Virus record (IMG/VR): IMGVR_UViG_3300025282_000024
Source of the DNA: a virus
DNA length: 64,000 nucleotides
Reading direction: 5' to 3' (one strand)
Position numbers and translations under genes: made by a program. Positions 32,284 through 42,375 of the stretch are shown piece by piece (positions within the stretch are counted from its first letter, which is position 1; every line of letters begins with the position of its first letter). The notes beneath the pieces were generated by a model that was given only the letters and a program-made list of their open reading frames with translations, was not told where the DNA came from and did not search any database.

Positions 32284-33273
32284 TTAAGTTGTAGATACTT
32301 GGCCACTATTAATATAGTCACTGCTAAATTGTTCTAATCTTTGTATCTTAATACCGGAGCCTCTCATTCCGTGTAACATAAGGCTTTTCTTGCAAGATAG
32401 CGCACTTGTTATGGCGTCAAAGCCAGCAGTCATGCAATCAAAAGACATTAGGGTTTCTCCCCCCGCAAGAGAAGTTGGGTTTCCAGTTGCAAGGGTACCA
32501 ATAGCCATGCTAGTTGGAGATGGATGTTTGTGGCTCATAAGTGCAGTATTAAATTTATGCTGAAACATTAAAAAATTATCCACAACGGTTGCCAATTCAT
32601 TAATATTATCAACTATGTCATTTAGCGCCCTTAATACATTATTTCCTTTTGGGATAGGTTGGGGCTTGCCGCCGCCGGCAATTAAATTAATACTGCCAGG
32701 TCCCCAAACTGGAAAGCCCAATGAATTTTTAAGATCTATTCCGCTGCAAATTTTAATATTTTCACGTCCAATAATACGGAGCTGATCTGCCTTCACAACT
32801 GCAGCAGATTTCCCAGCCACCGACCCAATATTGCCGCCAGGGACTGCAAACATATCATCAACATCACATTTAGCAGAGACATAAATTCTAGCAGCATCTT
32901 TTTTTGCATTTGGATTAAGTGGCACTCCGGGAACTTTGCCCTTCGCTGTGCCATGTGAATCTAAACCTGCATATATATCGACCGCAGAACAGCCAAAAGC
33001 GCCGACTCCCCCATAACCGGCGCCATGTATATATGGTTCACCAGTTTTGGGATCCGTTTTTTCATTCATTCTGTCTAGACCGATTCTTATCCCAGAACCA
33101 TAAGACCCTTCAATGTGATTTTCGCCTTTGGCATATCTAGATATATTAGGCACCCGATGGGGGTTGGGATCGCCATCAATGCCACTATAAAATATGCTTG
33201 TACTTCGGTCTAAATTTAATCCAGTTTGATCAAAAAATAAAGCTCTATTTCTAAGGGGAATACTTAACGTCAT
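32284..33273 (-). CDS. Putative baseplate central spike protein (gpV/gp45-like C-terminal module)
   Basis: 329 aa. GENHIEGSYGSGIRIG, short beta-repeat stretch (SAAVVKADQLRIIGRENIKI), QPIPKGN helix and H-x-H (SHKHP). Downstream of the hub/lysin gene. Confidence 0.6.
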   Translation of the reverse strand: MTLSIPLRNRALFFDQTGLNLDRSTSIFYSGIDGDPNPHRVPNISRYAKGENHIEGSYGSGIRIGLDRMNEKTDPKTGEPYIHGAGYGGVGAFGCSAVDIYAGLDSHGTAKGKVPGVPLNPNAKKDAARIYVSAKCDVDDMFAVPGGNIGSVAGKSAAVVKADQLRIIGRENIKICSGIDLKNSLGFPVWGPGSINLIAGGGKPQPIPKGNNVLRALNDIVDNINELATVVDNFLMFQHKFNTALMSHKHPSPTSMAIGTLATGNPTSLAGGETLMSFDCMTAGFDAITSALSCKKSLMLHGMRGSGIKIQRLEQFSSDYINSGQVSTT

Positions 33274-33287
33274 TTTATTATTTTCCT

Positions 33288-36200
33288 TTATGCGGAAGCT
33301 TTGTCCTTTTTCTTCACTACCGGCTTCGCTGTTTTAAGGTACACGGTTCCGGCCCCCCCTTGCGTCACCCAGGCGCGCCATGCTTTCGGTGAACTCTTAT
33401 GGGGGCCGGTGTATGAACAACCATTTTTCTTTAATCTCGCACGTGCCCATTTAAAGTCTGCTCCATGTACTTTCAGCATTGAAGAGGACCAAGGCCTGTT
33501 CAATCTCACGTGATAGTGGTTAGCGTGAGCGGGTACCATACTAAACATTTTCAGTATTTTTTTCCTTGTTGCTCCCCCATCTCCTACAAAAGCTTTAAAT
33601 AACTTTTTAAACGCAGGATCGGGGGTACCAAACCAAAGATCATATTGTTGTTTTTCCAACTCCAACATTCGTTTTTTTAGCCAGGGCCCAAATCTGGAGC
33701 CTTTTTTGTTGTTTACTCCAAAATATATTGCAGAGCCAGGAAAATATTTAAGTGTAAGAAGCCCCAACGCAATAGTTTTATCATAGTCTACAACCATGCC
33801 CTTGTGTTTTTTTGCTTTGTCAGGGCTCTCATAAAGTCGTTGAAAACGGCGGGGGGAGGCGCCTGGCCCCGACAGAACTAGGCTGGTACCAGGAGAGTTT
33901 TTATAATCAATTGGCAAAGTCATATCAAAATCATTACCCTCTCTGTGAGAATTGTGGCCTCGCACCATATCAATACCATTGGCCCATTTTGGGGAAACAT
34001 CTCCTATCATCCATTGTATACCTGATTTTCCTTTTTGGGATCCTCTAACTATAGTAGCATATGCGCCGCTCTTAGCAGGTTTGGCAGCTTTACCCCATAT
34101 GGGATTTTCTAAGACTTTATCTATAAATTCTCCTACTTTCTTATTACCATAAGAATAGTTATAAACTTGTCTCCTTTGAGCAGTATATTTTTTACCTTTT
34201 ACAAAAGCTGATATATTAATTAATCCTAAAGGATTTGGGCCGCACTCTACTTTTCCAGAAGGGACGCTTCCCTTGGCGCCCTTTTTCTTGCCCTTAATTC
34301 TCGCTCTGCAATCTTTCTCACAGGCTTTCAATTGTTTTCGCTTAACTGTATTGGCTCTTTGTCTTGCTTTCTTGCCCTTTGCACATTTTACATTAGGGTC
34401 AGCTAATTTATGTTTATCAGGGAGTGGCTTTCCTTCGTAGTTATAAGCATTTCCATCATCGTCATATGAAACAGGAACTTCTGCTGGTTTTACTTTTATA
34501 GCCGGAGCTTTTATTGGAATTCCATCAACTTTTCCACTTTCTAATAAAGAAGGTGTGCCGAATCTTTTTTCTAGTGGGCCATAGTGGCCACCTGCGGTAT
34601 TCAGGTCCAAATATAATCCTTCTAATTTAGTCAGATTATCTGCTGGAGGGGGCTGAATATCTTTACATCCATTAAATTGTTTACCGCCGGGAAGACCTTT
34701 GGGGTCACAAGGATTTTGTGATATAAATCTTTTAATATTTGGCTTAACAACGGTCAATGTTTCAGCCTCTTTGGGCGTATAAATGTGTATCTCCAAATCT
34801 TTCCCTGGATTAAAGCCACTTTTGTTATTCACAAAAATCTTTTCAAAAACTGGATCAATCGCGAAGGAGTAAGAAGAGTCGAGATAATCTATTCTTTTAA
34901 GCTTAGTACTCCCAATTGTGTTACTAGATAATTGCTCCACTAAACCAGCTAGAGAATAACCACCTCCAGAAAATGATTTAATATTTATAAATTTGGGATT
35001 GGCTGTTGCACCTAAACCTTTCTTAAGGTCGGTATTCTTTATTTTATCAACCACTTCTTTATGAAAATCCGCAAAAGTGGCGCCCGAGTCAGAGCCAAAA
35101 GTAGCTTTTTTAACCCCGATCTTAGAATAAACATTCAGCTGGGTCGTTACATATACTATATTTCTTTTTTGTTTGTGAACCATTTCATACAAAGACTCTT
35201 GAATTTTTTTTCTAAATCCCATCCCCCGCCAAAGAGTTTCTCCCGGAGAATCACCCTGGAGCCCATGGAGAAAATATATTAACTCATAAGGTTTCGTTAA
35301 ATCAGCTCCCTGCGGGACGACAATTGCGGTCTTGCCTTTCTGTGCTTTAGTTTCTGAAGAATTATATAATAAAGTTTTTCCCTTAAACTCTGAAAAGAAA
35401 CTTTTATCTTGGGCTGAAATTTCGGCACTGTCACCCTCAGACTTAATAACCATGCCGGGCGTTTTTAAGACTTCGGTTGCAGAAACTGCGGTTGGAGCGC
35501 TGGCCTCTTCCCACCATGTAATCCAGTCAAAACTGAGCGGGGCCGAAACTCCTCTGAAAATAAAATTCACCCATCGACCAGACAATCTTAAAGTTTTTGC
35601 TTTGTTGCTCTCAATAAATTTTTTGCCACTGTCGTATTCACCTTTGAGTTTCTTATAGTCCGGTTCGTTTTTGGCCAATTGGGTGCCCCCCTTCTTATAA
35701 ATCAGGGCGCCCTCATAAAACTTTTTTAGTTCATCAATGGCTTGATTTAAGGGATCTTTAGACGAAGCTAGCGTCATAGTAGTCAGCCATTCTATAGTGA
35801 ATGAAGAGGTGCGACCGATGTATGCAGCAACAGCATTTTTAGGCAAGTCTGGGGCTTTATCTGATAAGTGATATTCAACTTCCACTTTGTTGGGATCAAT
35901 GGCAATCATAATATCCTTTATGTCATTGTCGTGCCAATGATTGGCCTCGGTAGAACTATAATCCGCGTCCCATAATTGTATTTTTTTCAAATTTTTAAAC
36001 TTACCGAATTTTTTTATTCGAGCTAAGTTGGAAATTGCAATAGCGCCATAACGATCCGCAACCAAAGTTGTTTGTTGAATTTTTTTCTTTTGAATTGAAA
36101 ATTTCTCACTTAAAACTTTATTAACTGCCCCAACTAGTTTTTCAATATGACCTGCAACTCCTGCGCCTATGGACTTTTGTTCATATGACATTGTTTGTCT

Positions 36201-37352
36201 ATTAAATATTTTTGATGTACCATCGAAGTTCCATACCGGCCATTGTCTATCTCCGTATGTCGTGAGTTTCGTGTTTGGCTTCGATGTGGCGCGGGGATAT
36301 CCATTATTTTTGGTCATTTTCTCCTTTGACCACATCATTTCAGGCATTACAAAAACAAGATTCCGGCGGGCCCCATCAAATTGAGGATTTTTTTTGGTCA
36401 TTTGAGTTATTGTTTTTCCAATCTCATTCCACTCTTTTGAATCATTTGCAAATTTTCCTTGATCATGGAAAAAATAAATTACTTCAAGGCCTTTATTTGG
36501 ACTAACACCAGTTGGCATATATATTAGTACACTGCGACCCTCTCCTTCGATCATCTGCAACCCGTCTTTTGTGCCGTTCCCCTCTAATTTACCAATATAA
36601 ACAATTCCTTTAAAGTTATCATTGCTTTTGGGATCCACTAATTTTGCTAGCCATTTCGGCGCTTCAGCTCCTGGGGCGCCATTTATTAATTTGTTTTCTT
36701 GATGGCCGGCGTCTGTAGTTAAAGGTATGACATCATCCAACTTAGATGCCTTCTTGTTTTTATTAATGCAATCTCCAACTGCCCCTTCGCCAGTATAACT
36801 TTTTTTGCAAGCGTCTATGCAATCTTTTAGTTCTTGTACATTAGCTTTTATGTTTTTAGGATCTACAGGACCTGCAAAATACAGCCGGCTGATGGCCCCC
36901 TTATTTGCCAACTCTACCTTCACTAAGTCGCCAGGGGCGGCCCCTTGGCGCTGTACTAATGTATCGATTGCTTGTATTGTCGGGTATGCATCAATTGCCA
37001 GCTTATCTTGCCTGGTTTCTTCCGGAAGATTATCCGGTTTTGTTAACATAAAATGTAACTCAGGGACACAAACTTTATACGTATTTAAGCTGTATTTTGC
37101 AGAGGCGCCTGTGTTGGAATTTAATGCAACTGCACTATCCTGGGGGGTGCATTCGTTATCAACCCTCAACAATACACCAATAAGAGTGCCAGAGGTTTTA
37201 AACTTATTTGGGGTAAAAACCCTATCCTTCATCCGAGCTATTATAGACTGAGGTGTCTCAGACTGAGAATCAATGCTCTCTTGATCTACATCATCAACAT
37301 TAAAATCATTAAGATATCCTGGCTGAATATCCAATATTGGAGGCCTGCTCAT
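33288..37352 (-). CDS. Baseplate hub-associated lysin: OB-like N-terminus + two alpha/beta-hydrolase-like domains + MepA-type (LAS) murein endopeptidase
   Basis: 1354 aa. C-terminal IGDVS..GHNSHREGNDFD..HANHYHVRL matches MepA zinc motifs. LIYFLHG..SFSGGG..YLDSSY..GGHY is an alpha/beta hydrolase pattern; an earlier degenerate copy reads VIYFFHD..ADRYG..LWDADY. Confidence 0.75.
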   Translation of the reverse strand: MSRPPILDIQPGYLNDFNVDDVDQESIDSQSETPQSIIARMKDRVFTPNKFKTSGTLIGVLLRVDNECTPQDSAVALNSNTGASAKYSLNTYKVCVPELHFMLTKPDNLPEETRQDKLAIDAYPTIQAIDTLVQRQGAAPGDLVKVELANKGAISRLYFAGPVDPKNIKANVQELKDCIDACKKSYTGEGAVGDCINKNKKASKLDDVIPLTTDAGHQENKLINGAPGAEAPKWLAKLVDPKSNDNFKGIVYIGKLEGNGTKDGLQMIEGEGRSVLIYMPTGVSPNKGLEVIYFFHDQGKFANDSKEWNEIGKTITQMTKKNPQFDGARRNLVFVMPEMMWSKEKMTKNNGYPRATSKPNTKLTTYGDRQWPVWNFDGTSKIFNRQTMSYEQKSIGAGVAGHIEKLVGAVNKVLSEKFSIQKKKIQQTTLVADRYGAIAISNLARIKKFGKFKNLKKIQLWDADYSSTEANHWHDNDIKDIMIAIDPNKVEVEYHLSDKAPDLPKNAVAAYIGRTSSFTIEWLTTMTLASSKDPLNQAIDELKKFYEGALIYKKGGTQLAKNEPDYKKLKGEYDSGKKFIESNKAKTLRLSGRWVNFIFRGVSAPLSFDWITWWEEASAPTAVSATEVLKTPGMVIKSEGDSAEISAQDKSFFSEFKGKTLLYNSSETKAQKGKTAIVVPQGADLTKPYELIYFLHGLQGDSPGETLWRGMGFRKKIQESLYEMVHKQKRNIVYVTTQLNVYSKIGVKKATFGSDSGATFADFHKEVVDKIKNTDLKKGLGATANPKFINIKSFSGGGYSLAGLVEQLSSNTIGSTKLKRIDYLDSSYSFAIDPVFEKIFVNNKSGFNPGKDLEIHIYTPKEAETLTVVKPNIKRFISQNPCDPKGLPGGKQFNGCKDIQPPPADNLTKLEGLYLDLNTAGGHYGPLEKRFGTPSLLESGKVDGIPIKAPAIKVKPAEVPVSYDDDGNAYNYEGKPLPDKHKLADPNVKCAKGKKARQRANTVKRKQLKACEKDCRARIKGKKKGAKGSVPSGKVECGPNPLGLINISAFVKGKKYTAQRRQVYNYSYGNKKVGEFIDKVLENPIWGKAAKPAKSGAYATIVRGSQKGKSGIQWMIGDVSPKWANGIDMVRGHNSHREGNDFDMTLPIDYKNSPGTSLVLSGPGASPRRFQRLYESPDKAKKHKGMVVDYDKTIALGLLTLKYFPGSAIYFGVNNKKGSRFGPWLKKRMLELEKQQYDLWFGTPDPAFKKLFKAFVGDGGATRKKILKMFSMVPAHANHYHVRLNRPWSSSMLKVHGADFKWARARLKKNGCSYTGPHKSSPKAWRAWVTQGGAGTVYLKTAKPVVKKKDKASA

Positions 37353-37355
37353 CTA

Positions 37356-37661
37356 TTATTTATCTCCACTCTGGATTATATCAAAAAGATGCTCCTTATC
37401 TTCATCATTTAATTCTAAAGAGTCGTCCCGCCTTTTGTTTAAAATTGCAGTAATTTTAACTAACTGCTCATTAGAGCGCTGCAGGGTTTCAACATATTTA
37501 GAAGCAATCATGCCTAATTGTTTGTGGTTCTCTAAATCAGAGGTTTTTTTCATCTCCAATAAAAGATCTGTTAATAAGGTACTTGTTATCGCTCGATCAT
37601 TTCTAATGTTTTTTATTGACTCTTCAATATAGTCATTAATGTCCTCTACTCTTCTTCCCAT
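37356..37661 (-). CDS. Hypothetical helical protein
   Basis: 101 aa, overlaps the end of the sigma gene, coiled-coil character (KYVETLQRSNEQLVKI). Confidence 0.7.
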   Translation of the reverse strand: MGRRVEDINDYIEESIKNIRNDRAITSTLLTDLLLEMKKTSDLENHKQLGMIASKYVETLQRSNEQLVKITAILNKRRDDSLELNDEDKEHLFDIIQSGDK

Positions 37662-38335
37662 TTCTTTCTAAAATCCCTATACTTAATCCTTAATTTGTTT
37701 AAGGAGCTTACGACTTGTTTGGTGTTTAAACCAGTAATCTCTCTGATGTATAGGTAAATAGCTTTCTTATTAAAAATTTCTATATTTTCAGATTCTTCAA
37801 AAAGAATTTTTACGGCTTGAATAACTTTTTTATCATTTGTTCTTGTTGCCACCACTTCCCATGCAACAATATTGTTCCTAAAGTGCGCCCAAAATTCTCT
37901 TTTAATTGCATCTTGCATTGAAGTATTATAAACAACAAGGGGGTGACTATTATTAATATTCTCACTCTCAGGCACACAATAATTTTCAATTAATACTTCT
38001 CGCCTATATCTCTGTGATGTTTTCTTGACTTTGTGTATAAACCAATTTTTTGTTATGACACTAAAATAAGAAAAAGCCTTTGAACCCTTGCTTGGGTCAT
38101 ATTTATCTAATATAGTGATCAGCCAATTTTTACAGTCTTCTTTTAAATAATCAATATTGGGAAGGCTAGTAAACTTGTAAGTATAAACAATTTTATCAAC
38201 CATTTCGTCAAAGGCCGGGCCGATGAGTGTTGCGTATAAAGAATTTCTTGTTTTTGGATCATTCGTATTACAATATTCAATTATTGCATTTTCATGTACT
38301 TTTGTAAAATACATGTTTTTTCTTTTACGAGCCAT
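37646..38335 (-). CDS. Phage-encoded sigma factor (gp55-like late sigma)
   Basis: 229 aa. DYLKEDC..ILDKYDPSKGSKAFSYFSVITKNWF resembles sigma region 2 (FDP..G.KF.TY; gp55 NFDP.K..FAYF). C-terminal HTH-like IREITGLNTKQVVSSL. Directly upstream of the structural module. Confidence 0.78.
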   Translation of the reverse strand: MARKRKNMYFTKVHENAIIEYCNTNDPKTRNSLYATLIGPAFDEMVDKIVYTYKFTSLPNIDYLKEDCKNWLITILDKYDPSKGSKAFSYFSVITKNWFIHKVKKTSQRYRREVLIENYCVPESENINNSHPLVVYNTSMQDAIKREFWAHFRNNIVAWEVVATRTNDKKVIQAVKILFEESENIEIFNKKAIYLYIREITGLNTKQVVSSLNKLRIKYRDFRKKWEEE

Positions 38336-38338
38336 TGT

Positions 38339-38638
38339 TTATATGTCTTCCTCATTATGCCCTTCTTCATCAGCATAATTAATATCATAAGTGGCCCTAA
38401 AATTTTTAGCGCTTTCCGAAAGAAGCTTCGAGTGCCGCAAAAGATTCTCCAACGTAGTATCCCCATAAAATCTTTCTAAATTATATACAATATCAACATG
38501 CTCAGAGTACTCTTCTAAACTAATAAATAAGCCTTCTAGTTCCTCAGATATATTAAGAAAACGCTTTACTAACTGTACTATATACCAAACTAATAATCCA
38601 TTGATTACAACGGAAATTCCTAAAAATATTTCAATCAT
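38339..38638 (-). CDS. Small membrane-anchored coiled-coil protein
   Basis: 99 aa; N-terminal hydrophobic helix IFLGISVVINGLLVWYIV. Confidence 0.7.
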   Translation of the reverse strand: MIEIFLGISVVINGLLVWYIVQLVKRFLNISEELEGLFISLEEYSEHVDIVYNLERFYGDTTLENLLRHSKLLSESAKNFRATYDINYADEEGHNEEDI

Positions 38639-38886
38639 CTTTTATCCTTCAGCTCCTCTTTGTGTTGATCAAGCTCTTTTTTAGAATTCTTAATGAATTC
38701 TTCAACATGTGAACCAACTTTTGGTTTGTCGGGTTCCGGGCTCTTAGAGAGATTGTGAAAAATACTTGGCTTGCGATAAATATTTTTAGACTTACAGCGT
38801 TTGCAGTCTTCGGCCTCTTCAGTCATGCCATGATTTTCTTTCCATTCTTCACAGCAATCATCACATGCATAGACATATATGGGCAT
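38635..38886 (-). CDS. FmdB-family zinc-ribbon protein
   Basis: MPIYVYACDDC...CKRC matches MPxYxYxCxxC...CxxC. Confidence 0.85.
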   Translation of the reverse strand: MPIYVYACDDCCEEWKENHGMTEEAEDCKRCKSKNIYRKPSIFHNLSKSPEPDKPKVGSHVEEFIKNSKKELDQHKEELKDKR

Positions 38887-38887
38887 T

Positions 38888-39121
38888 TTATGCCTTGTTG
38901 TCTGTATCTGTGGTATCTACATTTTGTTGTAAACTTTCTTCAAAATTATCATCAAATTTAACAAGCGGAGGATTTATAACCACCAATCCATGTGGGGAAT
39001 CTTTTATCTTAAAGCCGCTCAATACCGGAACAATATCAGATTGCTCCATTAAACTTTTTTGTAGCGCCATCATAACAGCTCCCACGGCTTGATCTGACAT
39101 TCGCATTTCTTTTAATTTCAT
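38888..39121 (-). CDS. Hypothetical protein
   Basis: 77 aa, ATGA overlap with gmd, SD GGAG. Confidence 0.7.
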   Translation of the reverse strand: MKLKEMRMSDQAVGAVMMALQKSLMEQSDIVPVLSGFKIKDSPHGLVVINPPLVKFDDNFEESLQQNVDTTDTDNKA

Positions 39122-40095
39122 TTAATTTCTCCTTTTATTAAATTGTAATCATGATCATACATCATTTCGGCTAAACCTTTAAATGTTATACTTGGGCCCC
39201 AATTTAGTTTCTCTTTTGCTTTTGTATAATCTCCCAAAAGCAGCGGCACCTCATGAGGTCTGTAAAATTGAGGATCGATATCAACATAAAATTCAGGATT
39301 TCCTAGGCCTGCGTGATGGAATACATAATGTAAAAACTCTTCCACGGTATGTGCTTCATTTGTAGCAATAACATAATCTCCTGGCTTATCTTGTTGTAAC
39401 ATAAGCCACATGGCTTTAACATAATCGCCGGCGAAACCCCAATCCCTTTTAGAATGTATATTTCCTAATGAAAGTCTTTTCTGTAATCCTAATTTAATCC
39501 TCGCTGCAGCCAGAGTAATCTTTCTAGTTACAAAGGTCTCTCCTCTTCGTGGGGATTCGTGATTAAAAAGAATCCCACTTGAAGCATGGATACCATATGA
39601 TTTTCTATAATTCCTCACAAGATTGTGTGCAAACACTTTTGCACAGGCGTAAGGAGAGGCCGGCATAAGCTTAGACTCCTCATTAAAAGGAATGTTGACA
39701 TTATCGCCAAACATTTCAGAAGATGAAGCCTGATAAAAGCGGGCATGTGGTACAATGTGGCGCATGGCCTCCAATAATCGTAATGTCCCCATGGCCACGC
39801 CGTCTACGGTATTTATCGGCACGTCAAAAGATACTCTAACATGAGATTGAGCAGCTAAATTGTAAATTTCATCTGGTTTATATTTCAAAAATAATGACCA
39901 CATGCATGAAGAATCATTTAGATCAAAATATTCTAAAATAAAATTTTCATTATTATAAATATGATCAACCCTTTCAGTGCGAATAGTAGATGTCCTTCGT
40001 TTCGCACCGACCACTTTATACCCCTTTTCTAACAATAACTCTGCTAAATAAGAACCATCTTGACCAGTTACTCCTGTAATAAAAGCTGTTTTCAT
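39118..40095 (-). CDS. gmd: GDP-mannose 4,6-dehydratase
   Basis: ITGVTGQDGSYLAELLLEKGY, YNLAAQSHVRVSF, FYQASSSEMFG, SPYACAK, LFNHESPRRGETFVTRKI, RDWG. Confidence 0.97.
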   Translation of the reverse strand: MKTAFITGVTGQDGSYLAELLLEKGYKVVGAKRRTSTIRTERVDHIYNNENFILEYFDLNDSSCMWSLFLKYKPDEIYNLAAQSHVRVSFDVPINTVDGVAMGTLRLLEAMRHIVPHARFYQASSSEMFGDNVNIPFNEESKLMPASPYACAKVFAHNLVRNYRKSYGIHASSGILFNHESPRRGETFVTRKITLAAARIKLGLQKRLSLGNIHSKRDWGFAGDYVKAMWLMLQQDKPGDYVIATNEAHTVEEFLHYVFHHAGLGNPEFYVDIDPQFYRPHEVPLLLGDYTKAKEKLNWGPSITFKGLAEMMYDHDYNLIKGEIK

Positions 40096-40925
40096 ACCCC
40101 TAACTCTCTAAAACATTTATCAATAGCATCACGTGCGTTAATTTTAGCATACCAACCAATATTTTTTAAAGGTATTGTGCCGGCTAAAGTATGTTTGACA
40201 TCCCCTTTTCTCTCCGGGGCATATCGCCAGTCTGGAATGTGATATTTTTCAACTATAGTTTTTATGTCATTTAATGACAAAGAAACCCCAGCACCAACAT
40301 CAAAACACACTCCATGAAATTTATCTTCATAATTCATACAAAATATATTCACATCTACAATATCTTCAACATGAATATAATCTCTTGTTTGTTCGCCATC
40401 TCCATCAAATCTTAATGATTCTCTTTGTCTTAACATTTCCATCCACGCACAAATAACCGTAGAATAGGCGCCGCCGTGTTCTTGGTCTTCGGAAAAAACA
40501 TTAAAATAACGAAGACAAACAGTATCCAATCCATATAATTCAGAATATAATTCACATTCCATTTCGGAAATTAATTTATGTAATCCATATGGAGATTTGG
40601 GGCCGTTGCCATCTCCAGTCGCGGCCGATGACGAACTAAAAATCACCCTTTTAACTCCATGATTTTTAGCCCACTCAAGTAAAACAGAAGTGCCATATGC
40701 ATTTTGTTTAAATGTATAGCTGGGCCTTTCAACCGAATACTCTACTCTTGGGAGAGCAGATAGGTGAAAAACATAATCAAACTGCTCGTTTGGCAAACAA
40801 CAAAGAATATCTTCTCCTTCTTTTAAATCAACACCTTTTACTTCGTAATTAAGTTCAATTAATTTATTATATATTTTATTACCAATATATCCTTTGTGTC
40901 CTGTAACTAATATTTTCTCTTTCAC
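40092..40925 (-). CDS. NAD-dependent sugar epimerase/dehydratase/reductase (extended SDR)
   Basis: TGHKGYIG, FSSSSA, SPYGLHK (YxxxK), LRYFNVF, GDGEQTRDYIHVEDIV. Confidence 0.92.
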   Translation of the reverse strand: MKEKILVTGHKGYIGNKIYNKLIELNYEVKGVDLKEGEDILCCLPNEQFDYVFHLSALPRVEYSVERPSYTFKQNAYGTSVLLEWAKNHGVKRVIFSSSSAATGDGNGPKSPYGLHKLISEMECELYSELYGLDTVCLRYFNVFSEDQEHGGAYSTVICAWMEMLRQRESLRFDGDGEQTRDYIHVEDIVDVNIFCMNYEDKFHGVCFDVGAGVSLSLNDIKTIVEKYHIPDWRYAPERKGDVKHTLAGTIPLKNIGWYAKINARDAIDKCFRELGV

Positions 40926-40963
40926 TTATTTATTCCTTTTTGTTAAAATTATATCTAATTTTT

Positions 40964-41590
40964 TCAACTCGCGTAGATATCATCTATGGGGCCAACTCTC
41001 CCTTCATGTTGATACCCTTTCTCAACTAATAGATCCTTAATTCTATTATCGTTGTAATTGTTCTCAACCAAGATTATTTTAATATTATATTTGTCAAAGT
41101 CTAGCGCGTTTAATATTTCAAACTCTGACCCTTCTGTGTCTACCGTACAAAAATCGATATTATAAACACTGTTTCGACTCAATATATTATTTAGTAAATC
41201 TGTTTGAACTGTGATCACATCATGGCCCGTATTGTTTGGGTGCCTCACTTCATTCTTAATTCGAGGGAGATGATTTTTATGATAACTCTTGACAATACCA
41301 CTTAGTCCCTTACCCCAGCCACAAATGTCTAAAAATTGAGCTTCACCAATATAGTCTGATATGGCGACACACTCACAAACACATTTTCTATTTTCCTTAA
41401 GTAGTTTAAATCTAGCCGGGCTTGGTTCTATACAAATACCGGACCAGCCCATTGATTCTTCAAAAAACATTGTATTACTTTTATCAATTCCATCGTCGGC
41501 GCCGATTTCCAGAAATACCCCGTTTTTTTTATCCTTAAAATAATTTTCATAAAGCCACTTATCTTGACCATATTGACTATAGAATTTCAT
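40964..41590 (-). CDS. FkbM-family SAM-dependent methyltransferase
   Basis: YSQYGQD..GVFLEIGADDG..SNT..GWSGICIEP..IDFCTVDTEGSEFEIL. Confidence 0.9.
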   Translation of the reverse strand: MKFYSQYGQDKWLYENYFKDKKNGVFLEIGADDGIDKSNTMFFEESMGWSGICIEPSPARFKLLKENRKCVCECVAISDYIGEAQFLDICGWGKGLSGIVKSYHKNHLPRIKNEVRHPNNTGHDVITVQTDLLNNILSRNSVYNIDFCTVDTEGSEFEILNALDFDKYNIKIILVENNYNDNRIKDLLVEKGYQHEGRVGPIDDIYAS

Positions 41591-42375
41591 TCGCGACCTC
41601 TCCTACTTATCTGGATTTCTTTACCCGGGTGCTGACTAGCAACTATAAGTCCATCGGCCGAATAACTCTCTTCTTCTGTATGAGAACAAAGAATATAGAA
41701 ATTTTTATTTTTTAAGAATCTCATACAGTATTCATGTACATGCTGCCCATGAGTAGAGATGAAAAAATAATTAATTTTCTGTTCCTCAATAGAATCTAGA
41801 GAGCCCAAAAGCATATCATATTCAGCCCCTTGAATGTCTGAATGTACAATATCAACTGTATCTAAGTTATATTCTTTGCGTATATTATCAATACTGGTCT
41901 GATCAAGCGTATAAGATTTTCCATCCCAGTCTACAAAATTAGTATTCCTTAAGGGTTCTCTGCCAACCGACGCTTGAGCAAATTTGCCCTCCATATTGTT
42001 GATATCAAAATTAATTTTTCCTGCTTTTAGTTTTTCTTCATTTGGTTCAATCATAATATTTGTCGGATTCTCAACTTCTTTATTAAACCACATAGAATAA
42101 TATGACCAATTGCTGCCAAGCTCTATCATAGTTGCTTGGGGCGGTATGTCTTTTAATACTTCATAAAAAGCTTTTTCTTCCTGTGGTTCGTGGTGCCCTT
42201 TTAAGTCTCGAATTATTGTCGTCATCCAATCACCATGATAGCCGCCTTTTACAACCTTTATGCCGTTATGCATTATTTGATATTTGTCCTCGGCAATCAT
42301 CCCAGCATTGTCAACTTTCGGTATATACGAACAATCTCCACAACTTATCGTCAATTTAGCTCGATCAGTTAGCAT
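41587..42375 (-). CDS. FkbM-family SAM-dependent methyltransferase
   Basis: HEPQEE..MIELGSNWSYYS..MIEP..VDIVHSDIQGAEYDML..ISTH. Confidence 0.85.
   Translation of the reverse strand: MLTDRAKLTISCGDCSYIPKVDNAGMIAEDKYQIMHNGIKVVKGGYHGDWMTTIIRDLKGHHEPQEEKAFYEVLKDIPPQATMIELGSNWSYYSMWFNKEVENPTNIMIEPNEEKLKAGKINFDINNMEGKFAQASVGREPLRNTNFVDWDGKSYTLDQTSIDNIRKEYNLDTVDIVHSDIQGAEYDMLLGSLDSIEEQKINYFFISTHGQHVHEYCMRFLKNKNFYILCSHTEEESYSADGLIVASQHPGKEIQISRRGRE

Noticed and set aside
22933-37352. T6SS, extracellular contractile injection system or tailocin in a bacterial chromosome
   Set aside because: T4 gp6-type wedge, gp55-like sigma, PhoH, uniform strand bias and absence of tss or housekeeping operons point to a large phage.
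37356-37661. Terminase small subunit
   Set aside because: Size and helicity fit loosely, but there is no diagnostic motif and no large terminase in the window.
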